A stretch of 64,000 nucleotides of DNA from Puccinia triticina (Eukaryota): contig CP110439.1 of assembly GCA_026914245.1 (NCBI GenBank), positions 1,364,001 to 1,428,000 of the forward strand, written 5' to 3'. The notes beneath the pieces were generated by a model. That model searched no databases. It was not told where the DNA came from and worked only from the letters and a program-made list of their open reading frames with translations. This document shows positions 39,100-51,867 of this stretch, piece by piece (position 1 is the first letter of the stretch; each line of letters begins with the position of its first letter). A program made the position numbers and the translations under genes.

Positions 39100-42000
39100 C
39101 CCTATAAGACATAGAGGACGACTGTTCAGGATGATCGGAGAGAGTCGAGTTGTCGTCCGGAGTAGAGGGCATTGATGAGGAACGGAAACGCTTGATTTTC
39201 GAAATGTGGAAGGTTGGATGTCGCTTGTTGCCTTCTGGGAGAGTCAGGGTCACATTTTGTCCGTGATTGAATGTTTTAACAACTGGATATGGACCCTCGA
39301 AACGATCTTTCAGCTTGTCAACGCCAGTTTGGTGTTTCCCACGCCAGTCGGCCGAGTTTAGGAAGACTCAATCACCGACTGAAAGAGGAGGCGGGTCGGC
39401 TCGTCGTTTGTTATGTTGGATCGCTTGTTTGACCCTGCTTGCGCAGAGTGTGTCCCGGGCTTCTGCCCAGGTGTCCTCACGGAGCTTGATCCACTTGTCA
39501 AGGGTGGGGAGATCTGGCGATGAGTCTGTAAGTGGAGGGGGTCGACTTGGGAAAAGGGAGGGCCTCCGTCCGTAAAGTAGTTCGAAAGGACTGAAACCCG
39601 TAGCCACGTTCACGGCTGAATTGATAGCATATTCGACGGCGGGTAGGGCCTCGAGCCACTTTGATTGTTGTTTGGAGGTGAAGGTACGTAGAATTTGACC
39701 GACTGTTTTATTTGATTGTTCGCTACGGCTGTCGGCCTGAGGGTGGAACGAAGTGGACATGTGAAAATTGATGTTGAGACGGTTCATGAGGCATTTCCAG
39801 AAACGGGATGTCCAGGTTTTGTCCCGGTCGCTGATGATAGAGGTCGGGGCTCCAAATCTGGCAACCCAGCCACTGAAGAAGCGGCTAGCAGTCTTTTCGG
39901 CCGTGTCCGTTTGGAGAACCGGGATGATTTGAATGAATCCCGATAAACGACAGGTACACGTCAAGATCATATTGTAGTGGGTTGCCTTACGCAATGGGCC
40001 CACAAAGTCGATTGCGATGTCGGTTAAGGGTTGACAAGGAAACGAGGGAGTGAGCATCTTGCCCAGCGGTGCCGTTGTGGGAGCCTTAGTACGCTGGCAA
40101 ACTTCACACCGCTCAAGGAGTTGTCGTATGTCTATTGACATCCGAGGCCAGAAGAAGTCCCGGCGAAGCTCTTTGGTGGTCTTGAGGACCCCCAAGTGGC
40201 CAAGGCGTTGGTGGGCCTCGTTGATGAGTGATCTTCGCAGTTGAAAATTTGCTGGGATGACAAGTCGGCCATCAATGAATAGAAGTCCGTTCTCTTCTAT
40301 ACAATCCGTGCGGAGGGAAGAGCATCACGTAAGGCAATGCAAAATTGGTCATGTGCATAACCAGCCAAGATAGTTTGTTTGAGAGAGGGGTCAATGGACA
40401 GACCAATTTCTGTCAGCGCCGCCACGCATGCTACTTCTTCAGGTGTGGATGGATTGTCGTCGGGGTGGTATTTCCTTGAGAGGGCGTCCGCGACTGAGTT
40501 ATCCTCCCCGCGAATGTAGTTGAAGTTGAGGTCAAAGTCAGCGAGAAGCTCTGACCATTGTGCTTGTCGCTTGCTGAGAGTGCGTTGACGAGGGAGATGT
40601 ACAAGTGAGTGATGGTCGGACATCACATTGATCTTCATCCCCAAGAGAAGCATGCGCCATTTTTGAAGTGCGTGTATGACGGCCAACAACTCTTGCTCGT
40701 GAACTGGGTAGTTGCGTTCCGCCGGCGTCATCTGGTGGGATTCGTAAGCAATGGGAGAAGCGACTTTCCAGTCTTTACCCTGGAATAGGGCCGCGCCGAG
40801 AGCGGAGCCGCTTGCATCTGTAAAAAGCCAAAGTGGGTCTTCGGACTCGTAATCGACATTTTTTAAACACGGGAGAGAGGTCATGATACGTTTAATGTTT
40901 TGAAAGGCTGCTTCCTCTTTAGGGCCCCATTTGAAGGCTTTATTCTCAAGTTTTGAGCTTGTTAATGGAGTGAGCGTCCCTACGTAGCGCTGTAGACCCC
41001 ATATGAATTTCTTCATCCACTGCACCGTCCCAAGAAAGCATTTCACACCCTTTGCTGATTGCGGTGAAGGCCAGGATTGGATGTCTGCAATTTTCTCGTC
41101 ATCCGCTTCAATACCCTCCGCCGAGATCCAATGTCCCAGTAACTTTACTCGTGTGCGAAACAGCTTCGTCTTCTTGGGACTGCAGTAGAGGTTGGCTTGA
41201 CGGAGTTTACGGAGGACCGCTCTGACGTGTGCTTCATGTTCTTCGAAGGAATCCGAGAAAACGACGATGTTGTCGAGGTATACGACGCAAATGTTGTTGA
41301 TTAAGTCACCTAGCGCTTCCTCTAGTCTCGCCTGATGGGTGGCCGGCGCGTTTGTGAGTCCCATGGGCATAACGACCCACTCCATGAGTCCCCACGGGGT
41401 CTTGACTGCCGTCAATGGAATGTCTTCCTCTCGCATTCTGGTCTGAAAGAATGCATTCGTTTGATTGAGTATCGAGAAAACTTTGCCTGAAGCCACCACT
41501 CGTACGAGTTCATCCACATTCGGCAAGGGCGAGCGATTGCAAACAGTGAGGCTGTTGAGTTTGCGGTAGTCGCAAACCCAACGGGGAAGGGCAGAGGGGT
41601 CTTTTTTCGGAATGATTAGACTTGGGGACGCGTACTGACTGGTTGACCGTCGGATGCGGCCCGCTTTAATATGTTGATCTAAGAGTATTCTCCATGATGC
41701 GAGGTGCTTGGGAGGGTACGGGAATTGACGCTCGTTGATTACTGCATTGGGGTCAGTCAGTACGATTTTGTGTTGAGTTCGAGACGCTGCGTCTTGTAGT
41801 TTGTTAGGAAACAAGCTTCCTTTAGATTGATCTGAGTCGTCAACGTCCTCATCGACCGCAGGGATGTCCTCGGGAAACAGATCAGCGAATTCCTTCAAAA
41901 TCAACCTCTCCGACTCCGCGCACGGATATTGATTTGCCTCGGAGGGGGCGTCGACTGCGGCTATGGATTGAAATTGTCCAGGGTCCACTCGGTAGTCTGG

Positions 42001-42507
42001 GATGAGGACATTCAGTCGGGAACACTCCATGGCTTGTTGTTCCACCGAGACGGATAGCCCATGACAATGCAAAAATGGCGTTCCAAGGATGAGGTCAAAA
42101 TCGCCTAGCACCGGTCCCACCCGCAGAGAAGTATCTTCAAATATCAATGTGGGTTGGGTGACACGCAGCGTCGCCACGACGAAATGACGGATGGTGAGGG
42201 GCATTGCGGAGCCGTCTCCCAGCGCCAGGCGAATTGAGCTAGGTCGTGCCATCGGTTGGCGTTCCAGAAAGGAGTCATCCACTGCTCTATCCGAGATGAG
42301 ATCGATCTCAGAGCCTGTGTCGATGAGAGCCCTGAAATAACTGCCCGTGATTTGCAGTTCAATTATTACTCGTGCTGGTTTGATCGGATTCAGAGAGGGG
42401 TCGAGTACGTCGGACAACTTTGAGGAAGGGAGCGAGGTCGAGGGCGAAGACAAAGGCGAAAGGTGAGCCAGATTGCTCGACGAAGACAAAGAGTTTAGAG
42501 AACCCAT
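39100..42507 (-). pseudogene. Gypsy pol (protease-RT-RNase H-integrase-GPY/F), inactivated
   Basis: ALIDTGS, RWVCDYRKLN, MPMGLTNAPAT, YLDN (for YLDD), FTDASG, NY..HEQELLA, IAIDFVGPL, FHPQAD, GPY..HPTFHIS. Frameshift at ~40317 and stop at 39368. Confidence 0.92.
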
Positions 42508-42547
42508 CACGAAAGGGTTTTCAGGAGTGGTATCGAGAAAAAAAAAG

Positions 42548-42844
42548 TGTAAGAGTCCGCTTGGGACTCTTCACTGTCTGGGCTGGCACACGGCACAGAG
42601 GCCTGAAAACGGTTTCTAGGAACCACTCGTGTATTGCAAAGTACTAGCCCAGGAGAGAAGTTCAGCTTCTCTCTGTACATACAACTGAGAAAGGAAAGGA
42701 AGGGGAAAGATCGGTGCTCACCTAGCCCAGGAGAGAAGTTCAGCTTCTCTCTGCTGAGCTAGGAGGGCGCGGGGGAGCTGAGTCTAAGAGTCCGTCGATG
42801 GCTTATGTAATACCGGCTTGTGAGTTCCCGAAGGGGGCTTCACA
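42548..42844 (-). repeat. 5' LTR of the pol-only Gypsy element
   Basis: Direct repeat of 38795-39091. Confidence 0.95.
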
Positions 42845-44401
42845 CGTTGCTTACAGTCTTTTTGGTGGCGAATGTTTCGTTATCCGAGGTTCTTAGTTGC
42901 AGAAGAATCTGTGCAGGCTTCAGGTTCGATTGGGAAAGCCTTCAAATCTCCTTGACTTGTTCAGGGAGCAGTTGTCGATGAGCAGCGTGCGCAGATGGGG
43001 GAGAAGCTTCATGGTTGTGTGTGGCATTCTGGATCTCTAAGGTCCAATGCTTTGTCTGGAGCTTTCTGTTGGTGGGCACCGACCCTTTCACTTTAAATAG
43101 GGAGTCAATCTTCATTGAGGCCGTATTTCGTCCCGACTGATTCAAGAGAGTACCTCGGAACTGTCCCGATCGATTGCATTTGATATAGACATTCTTTCCC
43201 CGATGCGAGTTGGCCTTAAAAACCGCGTATCCATGCTCTTTGGCCCACATTTGACAGAACGATACCACATCGTCCATGGATTCAAATTTTCCTGATGGGG
43301 GAGGATCCATGGGTACTAGAAAATGGTTGAGGAGAAACACAAAAGTCAGGAATAGTCAGATGGATTGATATAAGGAGAAAAAAAGAGTTACATGCAAATT
43401 ACTGACCTCCTGTGCAAAATTTGTAAGTCTTGAGATTGATGATTGCATTTGGTTCGGGGTAATTTTTGATTTCGGGCTTATCAGGAGCTGGTACTACTTC
43501 GGCTAGATCTGACGTGACCAAAGCGTCCTCTGCTTTGTCTTCGGTATTCATCACTGAGTTAGAGGTTGGAGAGGCGCCAACAGCCGGCGAAGGAGCCGTG
43601 GACGGAACTGATGATGCTGCAAGCAAGGAAGTTAATGGTGCTGTAGATGCAGGGGGAGGTGCCGACGACTCTGGGGCAAAGGAAGCTGGAGGAGCTGCCG
43701 GGGAAGGTGCCGACGACGCCGCCAACGCCAACAAAGTTGGAGGAGCTGCTGGGGATGGTGCCGAAGAAGCCAAAGGAGCCGCCGCCAAAGAAGTCGGAGG
43801 CAAAGATGCTGGGGGAGGTGCCGATGATGCCGCCAACGACCCCAAGTTTGGAAGCAAACCCAGCAGCTGTTGCATCTGCGCCCATATCTCCGGAGAAACC
43901 GTCACGGCATTAGTCGGTGGGGTCGGAGCGTTGGTTGGAGGATTGGTGCCGGTGATGTTGGCCGGTGGGGTGGTTTCGTGCGCCATGGGGTAGTTGGTGG
44001 AATGGCGAGGAGAGGAGAGATCAGGGACTTGGCGGCTGGGCTGATGGACACCCAACTTGGGTGTACTTGGGTGTGGATGCTCCAGAGCTACATGTATGGC
44101 GTGTCAAGGGGTGTACTCCTGTTAATTCATGCCAAGGTGCTATCAGGGTGGGCGTGCGGTGCATGCACGCCAGTCCCAGTGGAGTACAGTGGATATGTAC
44201 GCCGCTTCTGGAGCTCTTTTTGGAGTGAGGGAGCTGTTACGCCATCTTTCATGGCGTAACTAGGCCTGCAAGCCTAAAACGTTGGCGTACCAAGGCTTTG
44301 GACGCCTTTTTGGCGTGCACGTAGTCAAAACTTGGCGTGCATTTAGATTGACCCATTTTTGAAATGGGCTAGATGGGTAACCATAAAGCATACCACACCT
44401 T

Positions 44402-46600
44402 AGAAAGCTTCGATGGGCGACTTATCCCCAGTTCTGACATTAGGGATGCGGTTATGGATGTGCCCAGCCGTTGACCAGGCGTAGCTCCAGAAACAACGAG
44501 GCAATCCACTCTCATGGAGCATCGTCCGGGCCATGTCTCCAATTGTGCGATTCAACCGTTCAGCCTCACCATTTTGTTGTGGGGTGTACGGTGCGCTTGG
44601 TGCTGTCTTCACGCCTACAACTTCCAATCTCTTTCACAGCGCATGAAAATATTCCGGCGCATTATCACACCTTATGTTAGTGGGATATCGTCCAAAGTAG
44701 TTTTTCAGGTGAGCCATCCATGACATGATCTTGTCAGGGACATCAGCTTTCCGTTCAATTGGGCCGACAAACAAGAAGGTACTGGCATGGTCTCAAAGGG
44801 TCACACAGTATTTCATGCCATGTAAGTCGATTTCAAAGGGACCCGCGACGTCCGACACCATCAGATCCAATGGCTTGCTACGCTCAATCTGTGATTCCAC
44901 TCCCAAGGATTTCCGGTTTGTGCTCTTTGACTTCAGCATTGATTGCAGAAAAATGCTGACCACTTTATCTTGACGTCAGGATAGTTGATCTTAAGGTACT
45001 TCCAAAGGACATCATCTGACGCATGGCCAAGGCGAAGATGCCATTTGTAAGGATCAAAAGATGGCAATTGCGACATTTTATTGACATGCGAGGGGTTGTT
45101 GAGTGTTTCAAGCAACCAACAGTAATTGTGAAAAACAGTAGAATATTGATTATTACAAGGATCTAACAAAGTCGCCTCTGCTCCTTCATACTGTAGTTTC
45201 CAACCACTCGCTATCAAACGGCCGGTCAAAAGGATAACACCATCAACACTGGGGACATGGAAAACTTCATCAATCACGAGCTTCCCGGTCGGAGTTGGGA
45301 TTGTCACTCTGCCGACGTCGGTAACAGTTACGTTGCAATTGGTGACCGCGAGGTAGAACGTACAAGGGGTTGTTAGTTTACGGGTTGGTTCAACAAGTGA
45401 GGAGTTGCCACTCACATGCGCCGATGCCCCTGAGTCAAGAAGAACACCCTTGGTCATCCCATGGAAGTTAACTTTCCTCACGTGATGTTCTGAGCGGCGC
45501 GGCGGTACGTATTTCGAATCTCTTGAGTCAAAATCTGGCAGTGGAGGTTTGATTTCCTTCATTGCGACCGCCTTCCAGTATTCAGAACAGTCTGCAAACC
45601 AGTGACCATACTTTGAGCAGTACGTGCAATCAAAACCGTGGCGTTGGATCTGTGACTCAGTTTGACCTTTTCCCTTGTAGTACTTGGCTCGGTCGACGGC
45701 AAAACGTGGGTGGTTGAGCTTTGAGGTTTTATCGTCTGGGGTATGTCGTTGAGGAGTGACATACTTGCCCCTGCTGCCTTGGTTTAGGGCTTGGATCTGA
45801 TCAAGATCCATTGCCATGCTATCAATACTTTTCTTGCCGACTTTTCCGGTGGCAGCTTGGATTACGGTGGCAACATCAGCGAATGAGGGATCTTTCTTGT
45901 CGTTCAAGTTTTGATCAACTGTGAACTCAAATTTTGTTAGTTCTGTACCGGTGACTGGCTTGAAGTTCATCTGAAGGAGAATTCCGACCGCCTCGGTGAG
46001 AGTAAGTTTTGATTGTTCAAGTTCACTCATGCACTTGGCCCAAGCAGACATTGTTATTTCATTTGCAATGCCTGTGTCATTCACCAGTTCCATTAAGGTT
46101 GTCATTAGATCAATCTTATGTCGTCGATCAGATCTCTTGCACTTGAGTTTCAACGCCTTGAAAATGGCTTTTGCGGTCTTAATATGGCCAGCGGCTTTGA
46201 TGGTACCAAGCAGGGATTTATCGATGGTGTTTTTCATTAAGCTAGCGATTGCGTGATTGTATTCAGTCGCCAGGTCAGTGAAATTGTTCGTCTTCACGAT
46301 CATGGGTTCGGTCACGGAGAACGCATATTGAAGCGTTGCTTCAATCGATTCTTCCCAATGTGCGTAGTTCGCCGAATTGAAAGACAAAACTACGTGGTTG
46401 GGATTCACCTCTTGGTGGAGCTTGAGAGGTGACTTCAGAAAACTACCAAGGATGATCTCTTGGCAATATTCCTGGGCTCGGACGGCGGCAGACACTGGAT
46501 CATGTCCTTGATGCGGAGCCACTTTCAGGAGATTCAACTTGGCCGTTGTGGTGGCCCCTCTCGTGGCCAGCTATTCAGGAGCAACACCGCCGCCAGCAGG
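44402..46600 (-). pseudogene. Copia gag, zinc knuckle, protease, GAG-pre-integrase and integrase, disrupted
   Basis: CTYCSKYGHWFADC (CCHC), VLLDSGASAHVS (protease), WHLRLGH, APYTPQQNGEAERLNRT (integrase). Confidence 0.9.
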
Positions 46601-46671
46601 ATCATCAAGACTCAAGTTTATTTTCACTTCCCAAGACTCAATTTCCACGCTGGGGTGGACAGAAATCCGTC

Positions 46672-46780
46672 ATTGGGTCCCGCGACTCAATGAAAGTTGA
46701 TTAGGTAATCCGTCATTGGGTCCCGCGACTCAATGAAAGTTGATTAGGTAATCCGTCATTGGGTCTTGCGACTCCATGAA
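46672..46780. repeat. Three tandem ~43-bp units containing CATTGGGTCCCGCGACTCAATGAAAG in the Copia leader
   Basis: Read directly from the sequence. Confidence 0.85.
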
Positions 46781-47586
46781 AGTTATGGTGCAGTCCCGAC
46801 TCCCCAGGCCTCAAGATCTCTTCTCATCACATTTCCACCTTCAACTGGCTCCCCTATCTCTCCTTTTCCTTCTGTCCATTTTCCCATCTCCCTTCCTTCT
46901 CAGTTCCCCATGCCTCTTCAGCTTTCTTGGTCCTAACACAGCGCCTGATGTGGGTTTATTTCCTTGTTTGTTTCTGATTTCTTTCTCTTCTGTTTGTTCT
47001 GCCTGTCTTGAGTGTTTTCTGTTTTCTCTTTCCTCTTTTTATTTTCCTCCCTCTGGTTCTTTTCTTCCTGACTCATCACGCTGTGTTTTCCTTAATTTTC
47101 CCTTGTGTTGTTTCCTTTCTTCTTTTTTATCTTGTTTGTTGTGAGTGTGTGCGCGTGTAGCGCGCGGAGGATGTGATGAAATGTATGTGACATGTCGCCC
47201 GGAGTCCAAGTTCAGCTCGAACTTGGATGATGGGTGGCCATGGCATTCTGATCCCCGGAATACGGACCATCACTGAGCTTATAGATCCTATCTTCAGAGT
47301 TTCAACTTACGGGCTCCGCCCGCCGATCATCCTTCATCAGAGTTTTCCGGATCTTTTTCCTTCCTCTTCCTTAAGATCACATCTCCCTTCCCCTCAAACA
47401 AAACAACCGCCGCCGAGGATCCAAACCCCCGGCGAACTTCTCAAAACCACCCAAAACCCAATAGCTATCCCTGATCCCCCCCATTTTCAGCGCTCATCAC
47501 CACGGACCACCCAGCCACAAGGGCAGCCTAAAAAGCACCCATCCCCTCACACGACTGCCTCCGCTTGTACGGACAGGAGTCTCTCA

Positions 47587-48182
47587 CCGGAGTCTTAGCC
47601 TTCAACGTGAGGCGTAATCGATTGAGTTGCTTCTTGATTTCAGCCGTTCTTCTTTCCACCCAGTATTGGGCCTTGATTTCTTCAGCGTTTGGAGAAGCTG
47701 GGTAATCGTGAGGCTGAGTTGGATGACCAAGAAAAAACTTGACAAAGGTTTGGATACTCCGAGAGATCTTATCACAATGTTCCGCCAGAGCCTGTTTTCC
47801 CGCAATTCCTCTTATCCGTTTTTCAGCTTGATTATGGTCCTCATCAACCTCCGCCTCCTCCCTCGCGTGCCGGGCATTTTCAACCACAAACTTTGGTTCT
47901 AGTCGAGACTTTTCAAGCAAAGCTGATGGCTGGTTCAGTTGTGTTGAAGGATTTGCTCCTACGGATTCAAAAATTTCTCAGCAAGAAAATACATACAGCA
48001 AAAAGTAGCTACTCACCATCAGGACCGGTTTCCATTGCAGAACTGTTTCCCACTGATTGGGCTTTTGGAAGAAATCCATCTACGACCGCCGAAATCCAAC
48101 TTTTATCTGGATCCACAGAAGAAGATGTATCTCCCTGGTTTCCATTCCCAGATATGCTCTGTTCATCTTGTGCTGAAGGCAT
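47587..48182 (-). pseudogene. CACTA accessory ORF (hypothetical), two exons visible, truncated by the Copia LTR
   Basis: ATG at 48182, GT-AG intron at ~47960-48016. ..SRSIQTFVKFFLGHPTQPHDYPASP.. runs into TGAGAGAC at 47586. Confidence 0.55.
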
Positions 48183-48591
48183 GGGGACTGATTGGATTCA
48201 AGAAGCTAATTAGTAGATTTTATGGGGCAAAAAGCAGATGATAGACGGGTTGCAGTATACAATGCAAAGGTGTTGTTGGTGAAATCGAGCAAAAGAGGTG
48301 GTTGAGGATATGGAATAGTTTAAGGAAAATGTGAAATCATGTTGGATGGAGTTATAAGCAGGACACAAATTTGGGTGAATTGCCGGGCGATTCAGGCAGG
48401 CTCCACTTTGTTTCTCAAATGGAGGAAAATACAGTTATACGGATGTTGCAATTCAAAAAAAGGGAGCATGTGGCTAACAAATAAATAATGATCCCCTTTG
48501 TTTTACTAAAAATTGTTGCATAGGCCTTCCCATCCCTTCATGTGTAAATCAAGCCCAAATGAAATATCAGAAAGACATACACCAGCACGTT

Positions 48592-51500
48592 TTAATGGTA
48601 GTTGTTGAGACTTACAGCTGTCCCCAATCCCACAGCACTCATTGTTTGTATTTCAAAACCAAATGTTGAGATCGGATTTAGAAGAATTGCAACATGTCCA
48701 ATGACCCTTTCACTGTCAATTACCTCAGTCAGGTCGTGATCAGATTTCACTAAGCGGCAGTTGAGATCTGGGTAATCCTTGTATGGATCTTCCTCCCGTC
48801 CTACTTCCTTGAATGGTTTCACGATCAACCAAGTTTTCCCAGCTGTTTGTTCCGATTGGAACATTTGCTCCACTTCACCGAATTGCTGGTCCTTCCCTAG
48901 GTAGAACTCGACCAAGGAATTTGCTGGATGCCGATCTTTAGTTGTGAATGTCTTGCCGTTGAGTTTGATGTATTCAACAAGATCAACTGTTGAGTTAAGT
49001 GGGGGTACACCTGCATGTTGACCAAGCTTTCCCCTTGAACCTTCCTTTCCAGCCACCGCCCGCTTCCATTTTGACATCAGAGTTCTGTTCAACTGAGTAG
49101 ATTTCTTCCTTTTGTTGTCCTCCGAGCCGCGGTTGTGTTTTGCAGTGTGGTCTTTGAGAACTAACTGGAATGTTGAGTTGATATGCCATTCCTTCATCAA
49201 TGTTTTTGGTATATCATCTAAATACAATACACATGTCACCTTCTCAGTAATTAAATTCTCACAATGGCAATAATTACACACAAATAAGCATGAGACTAAC
49301 TGATGTGATGGTTTGTTGGCATCCTCTGCAACATTCCATTAACTCTTTCCTGTGCCCAAGCTGCTGTTGATCGAGGTGGGCCAAATTGGCGGATAACTTC
49401 AGAGTAATGCTGTGTCAGATGTAGATTTGGCTTGCTTGGTGCTTCTGGCCAGCCATGTGAAGACACTTTTGATAATCCAAGATTAAACTGTCAAGCTCAT
49501 CAAGATCTTGAAGTTTGATCTTTGGGAGAGTCAGGAAGTGAGAGATTTTGGATAGCAAGGTAGTTGATTCCAGGAGTGAGGATATCCTTATTTTGCTTTC
49601 CTCAGTTGCGCAATCCTTGTATGCTGTGGTCCAAAGAGGAATCAAGGCAATGGGATAGTAGATCTTGTAAAGTATCAGTCATTCTGCTGCTTTTAAAGAT
49701 CTGTGGGTTGCCAATCCCAAGTTGCGTGGAACCCGATCCATCCAAGAGGGTACAATTGTATGCAAGATAGTCCGCCGTACTATGTCCAGCTCCTCTGGCA
49801 AGAGTTTCGGTTGGTTGAAATCCGGAATTGGTGATGCAGCAGCTCTGCGAGCTCTATGTCAAGGACGAGTGGCAGTGTGATCACTTCCACTCTGATCTGC
49901 AGAATCGGTGGTTACCTCCTCATTCGCGTCACACAGCGCCTTCTTCCGCATCCGCAGGCTATAGGAATGGGCAGATGACCCATCTGATGTTGCACCAGCA
50001 CCGGCACTACATGTTCTGCTTTGACCAAGACCTAGCGTTGTTGTGGCTGGTGTTTGCTTGGCTTTGGCTGCACGGGCTTGCTTGTTTGGTTTTTCAGAGG
50101 TTTGATTTGATTCTTTGATATCGTCTAATTTCCGCTTGCCCTTGTTGGTGGAGTTAGGGACACAATTTGTTGCAAACGGAGTATTGGTATATGACTGGTC
50201 ATTCTGCCATTCCGCATCCTTCTCTTGAATATCCTTAAGCTTGGATGTGACTGATGGCAATGACATGAAGCGCATTGTGTGATCTTTCAAGTCACCCAAA
50301 ATCAAGGCATGCATCAATTCAATTGAGCAGAATTCTATTGGCCTCCAGTATGGGAGCTCATTGAGCACACTCCATCTTGCACCATGTTCCTTCACAAACT
50401 TCTTACGTTCAGTCGCATTTTCTAGTTGAAGCCAAAGTTTTGCATGTTTTTGATGCTCTTCATTCGTCCTCCGGGTAAACTTTGTGATTTCCGTTTCCTC
50501 AATTTCATGCGTGCTCAACATACAAAAAGAGCAAAACCTAATTGAGGCGTGACTTCTAAATCCAGCAACCTTCCGGAGAGCAGGAAGATCTGCGATCAGG
50601 GGAAAGATCACAGCCCGTATAGTTCTTCCTTGAGCATGAGAAGCAGTGGATTCAAAGAAGACTCCATTCCAAAATTCTTTCAATTCATTCACCAGCGGTC
50701 GTAAGAGATGGTTCACTTTGTCTAGACTGGGTTCGTTGGGCCCAGGGATAATTCCAAAAAGGAATATGTTTTCCTGCTTGTAGCGCTGATTTGGAGGAAG
50801 GTTCAAGAAGATCAAGACAATCGCTCCAACAGAGTTATGCTTCCCCAGATTTGAAGTTCCTTCGGCATTGAACCAGTCAAGATATAGGCTGAACACAAGA
50901 TTTCCAGAATTCTGGGTAAATATCCCAGTTCCATCGTCCGAGTTGGGGAATTCGCGCCAGATTTGACCATGCCACACATCTTCCATGTCGTGGTGTGGTT
51001 CCCATCTAGTTTTGGGAAGGCTGGAGTCTAGCAAGGTCTCAAAAGAATTCTGAGAAAGCCGCTGTTTCAACCATGACTTGAGAGTTAGGTATGAGTATGT
51101 CCGAATTGGTTTTGATACTTGCTGTTTATTGAGTTTGAAGAGGGCTTGATCACATCTGGGTACGATTTCTTGCAACTTAGCCCACTTACAATACCCCTGA
51201 TATTGGGAAAAGAAGGACTGGGTGCATGTGATTGGAGGATTTTTGTCTCCTTTTATCAGAGGGTAGAGTGCAAAACATTTTTGGCAACATATTTGTGTTG
51301 TCAGATCTGGTACAAGGCCAAGTCAATGAAAAACTGCATCTCTAGTTTTGGGAATCTGTTGGATCATTGCTTTAGCATCAATAATTTGTTCCTCAGTGCT
51401 CCACAGCTCTGCCAAGAATGAGATGTTCTGCCTTGCTGACTCGAGGAAAGATGCGGACCCATCTTTGCTCAGTTTGTCTTTTAAGACAGATTGGGCCATC

Positions 51501-51867
51501 TGAATCATGACCTGTGTGCAAAACTGCTCCTCCAAGAGTGGCGCCTTCCTCGTGTTGTTTTTGAGTGGATTAGAGGTGGAGGCAGTTAGACCAGTCTGGG
51601 TCAAACTTGGATTAGCTCAAGATCTAACTATGCTTTTAAAGCAGATGTGATTCAACTCACCCGGATTGGATTAGAGCCCATTGGGTGTGCCTCCGGATGA
51701 TTCGGCCCTTCCTTCTGGAGTTGCATAGTTGCTTTCTTCTGATGCAATTGATAGTCTTTCCGTCCCAAGACCCTCCCAGGAACAATTCCACCGCCATCTT
51801 CTGCATGCTGCGTGGTGTTGCACCCATAGAATTCACAATGGCAAACGAGATTGGTTGTTTTAGGCAT
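48592..51867 (-). pseudogene. CACTA/EnSpm (Tnp2/Transposase_21-like) DDE transposase, multi-exon, frameshifted
   Basis: N-terminal CHC..GC; CQKCFALY; LVFSLYLDWFN, NLPP..RY..ENIFLFGIIPGPNEP, LIADLPALRKVAGF.SH....FCSFC, LMHALILG; PNLHLTQHY..IRQFGPP....WAQERVNGML. Confidence 0.88.

Larger units (their letters stand above)
38795..42844 (-). mobile_element. Ty3/Gypsy LTR retrotransposon, 4050 bp, pol only (no gag), TSD CGTTG
   Basis: 297-bp LTRs at 38795-39091 and 42548-42844 with one mismatch by eye and TG...CA ends. CGTTG on both flanks. PPT AGGGGGGGAGAC precedes the 3' LTR. Confidence 0.95.
36350..43986 (-). pseudogene. MULE transposase (FAR1-like DBD, MULE DDE, C-terminal OTU-like protease), multi-exon, interrupted by a Gypsy element
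   Basis: WAKEHGYAV..IKCNRSG..HNH (FAR1/WRKY-like); LLDSTYKTN..LPL, VFITNQDKAL, LCTWHLNKN, ESGHAYLK, GIPCLH. C-terminal exon: DGNCGF*CVAKAL...ANVY...NKNHWVLV. Confidence 0.88.
35803..44354 (-). mobile_element. Mutator-like (MULE) DNA transposon, 9-bp TSD ATTTTTGAA
   Basis: TIR GGGTCAATCTAAATGCACGCCAAGTTTTGACTACGTGCACGCCA at both ends. ATTTTTGAA at 35794-35802 and 44355-44363. Confidence 0.95.
33924..44397 (-). mobile_element. Solo LTR of the TGTGG...TTACA Gypsy family, split by a MITE and a Mutator; TSD CCGT/CCTT
   Basis: On the minus strand it begins TGTGGTATGC (44397) and ends TTTTGAGCTTTACA (33924). TGAGGGA(A/T)TT repeats at 35190-35340 are the reverse complement of the family AAATCCCTCA motif. 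About 1.0 kb remains after removing the inserts. Confidence 0.75.
32656..47586 (-). mobile_element. Ty1/Copia retrotransposon, interrupted by nested insertions (33924-44401) and truncated at the 3' end
   Basis: Order gag-PR-IN-RT on the minus strand. The reading rejoins across the insertion as ..NRIPNVRTGDKSPIEAF|YGIKPNPDVLYPFG... Putative 5' LTR starts TGAGAGACTCC at 47586. No RNase H or 3' LTR seen. Confidence 0.85.

Noticed and set aside
39050..39260. Chromodomain at the end of the Gypsy integrase
   Set aside because: After the GPY/F module (HPTFHISKIKRF) only a short Ser-rich tail precedes the PPT.
43466..43993. Ala/Gly-rich plus-strand ORF
   Set aside because: It is the antisense of the low-complexity first exon of the MULE transposase.
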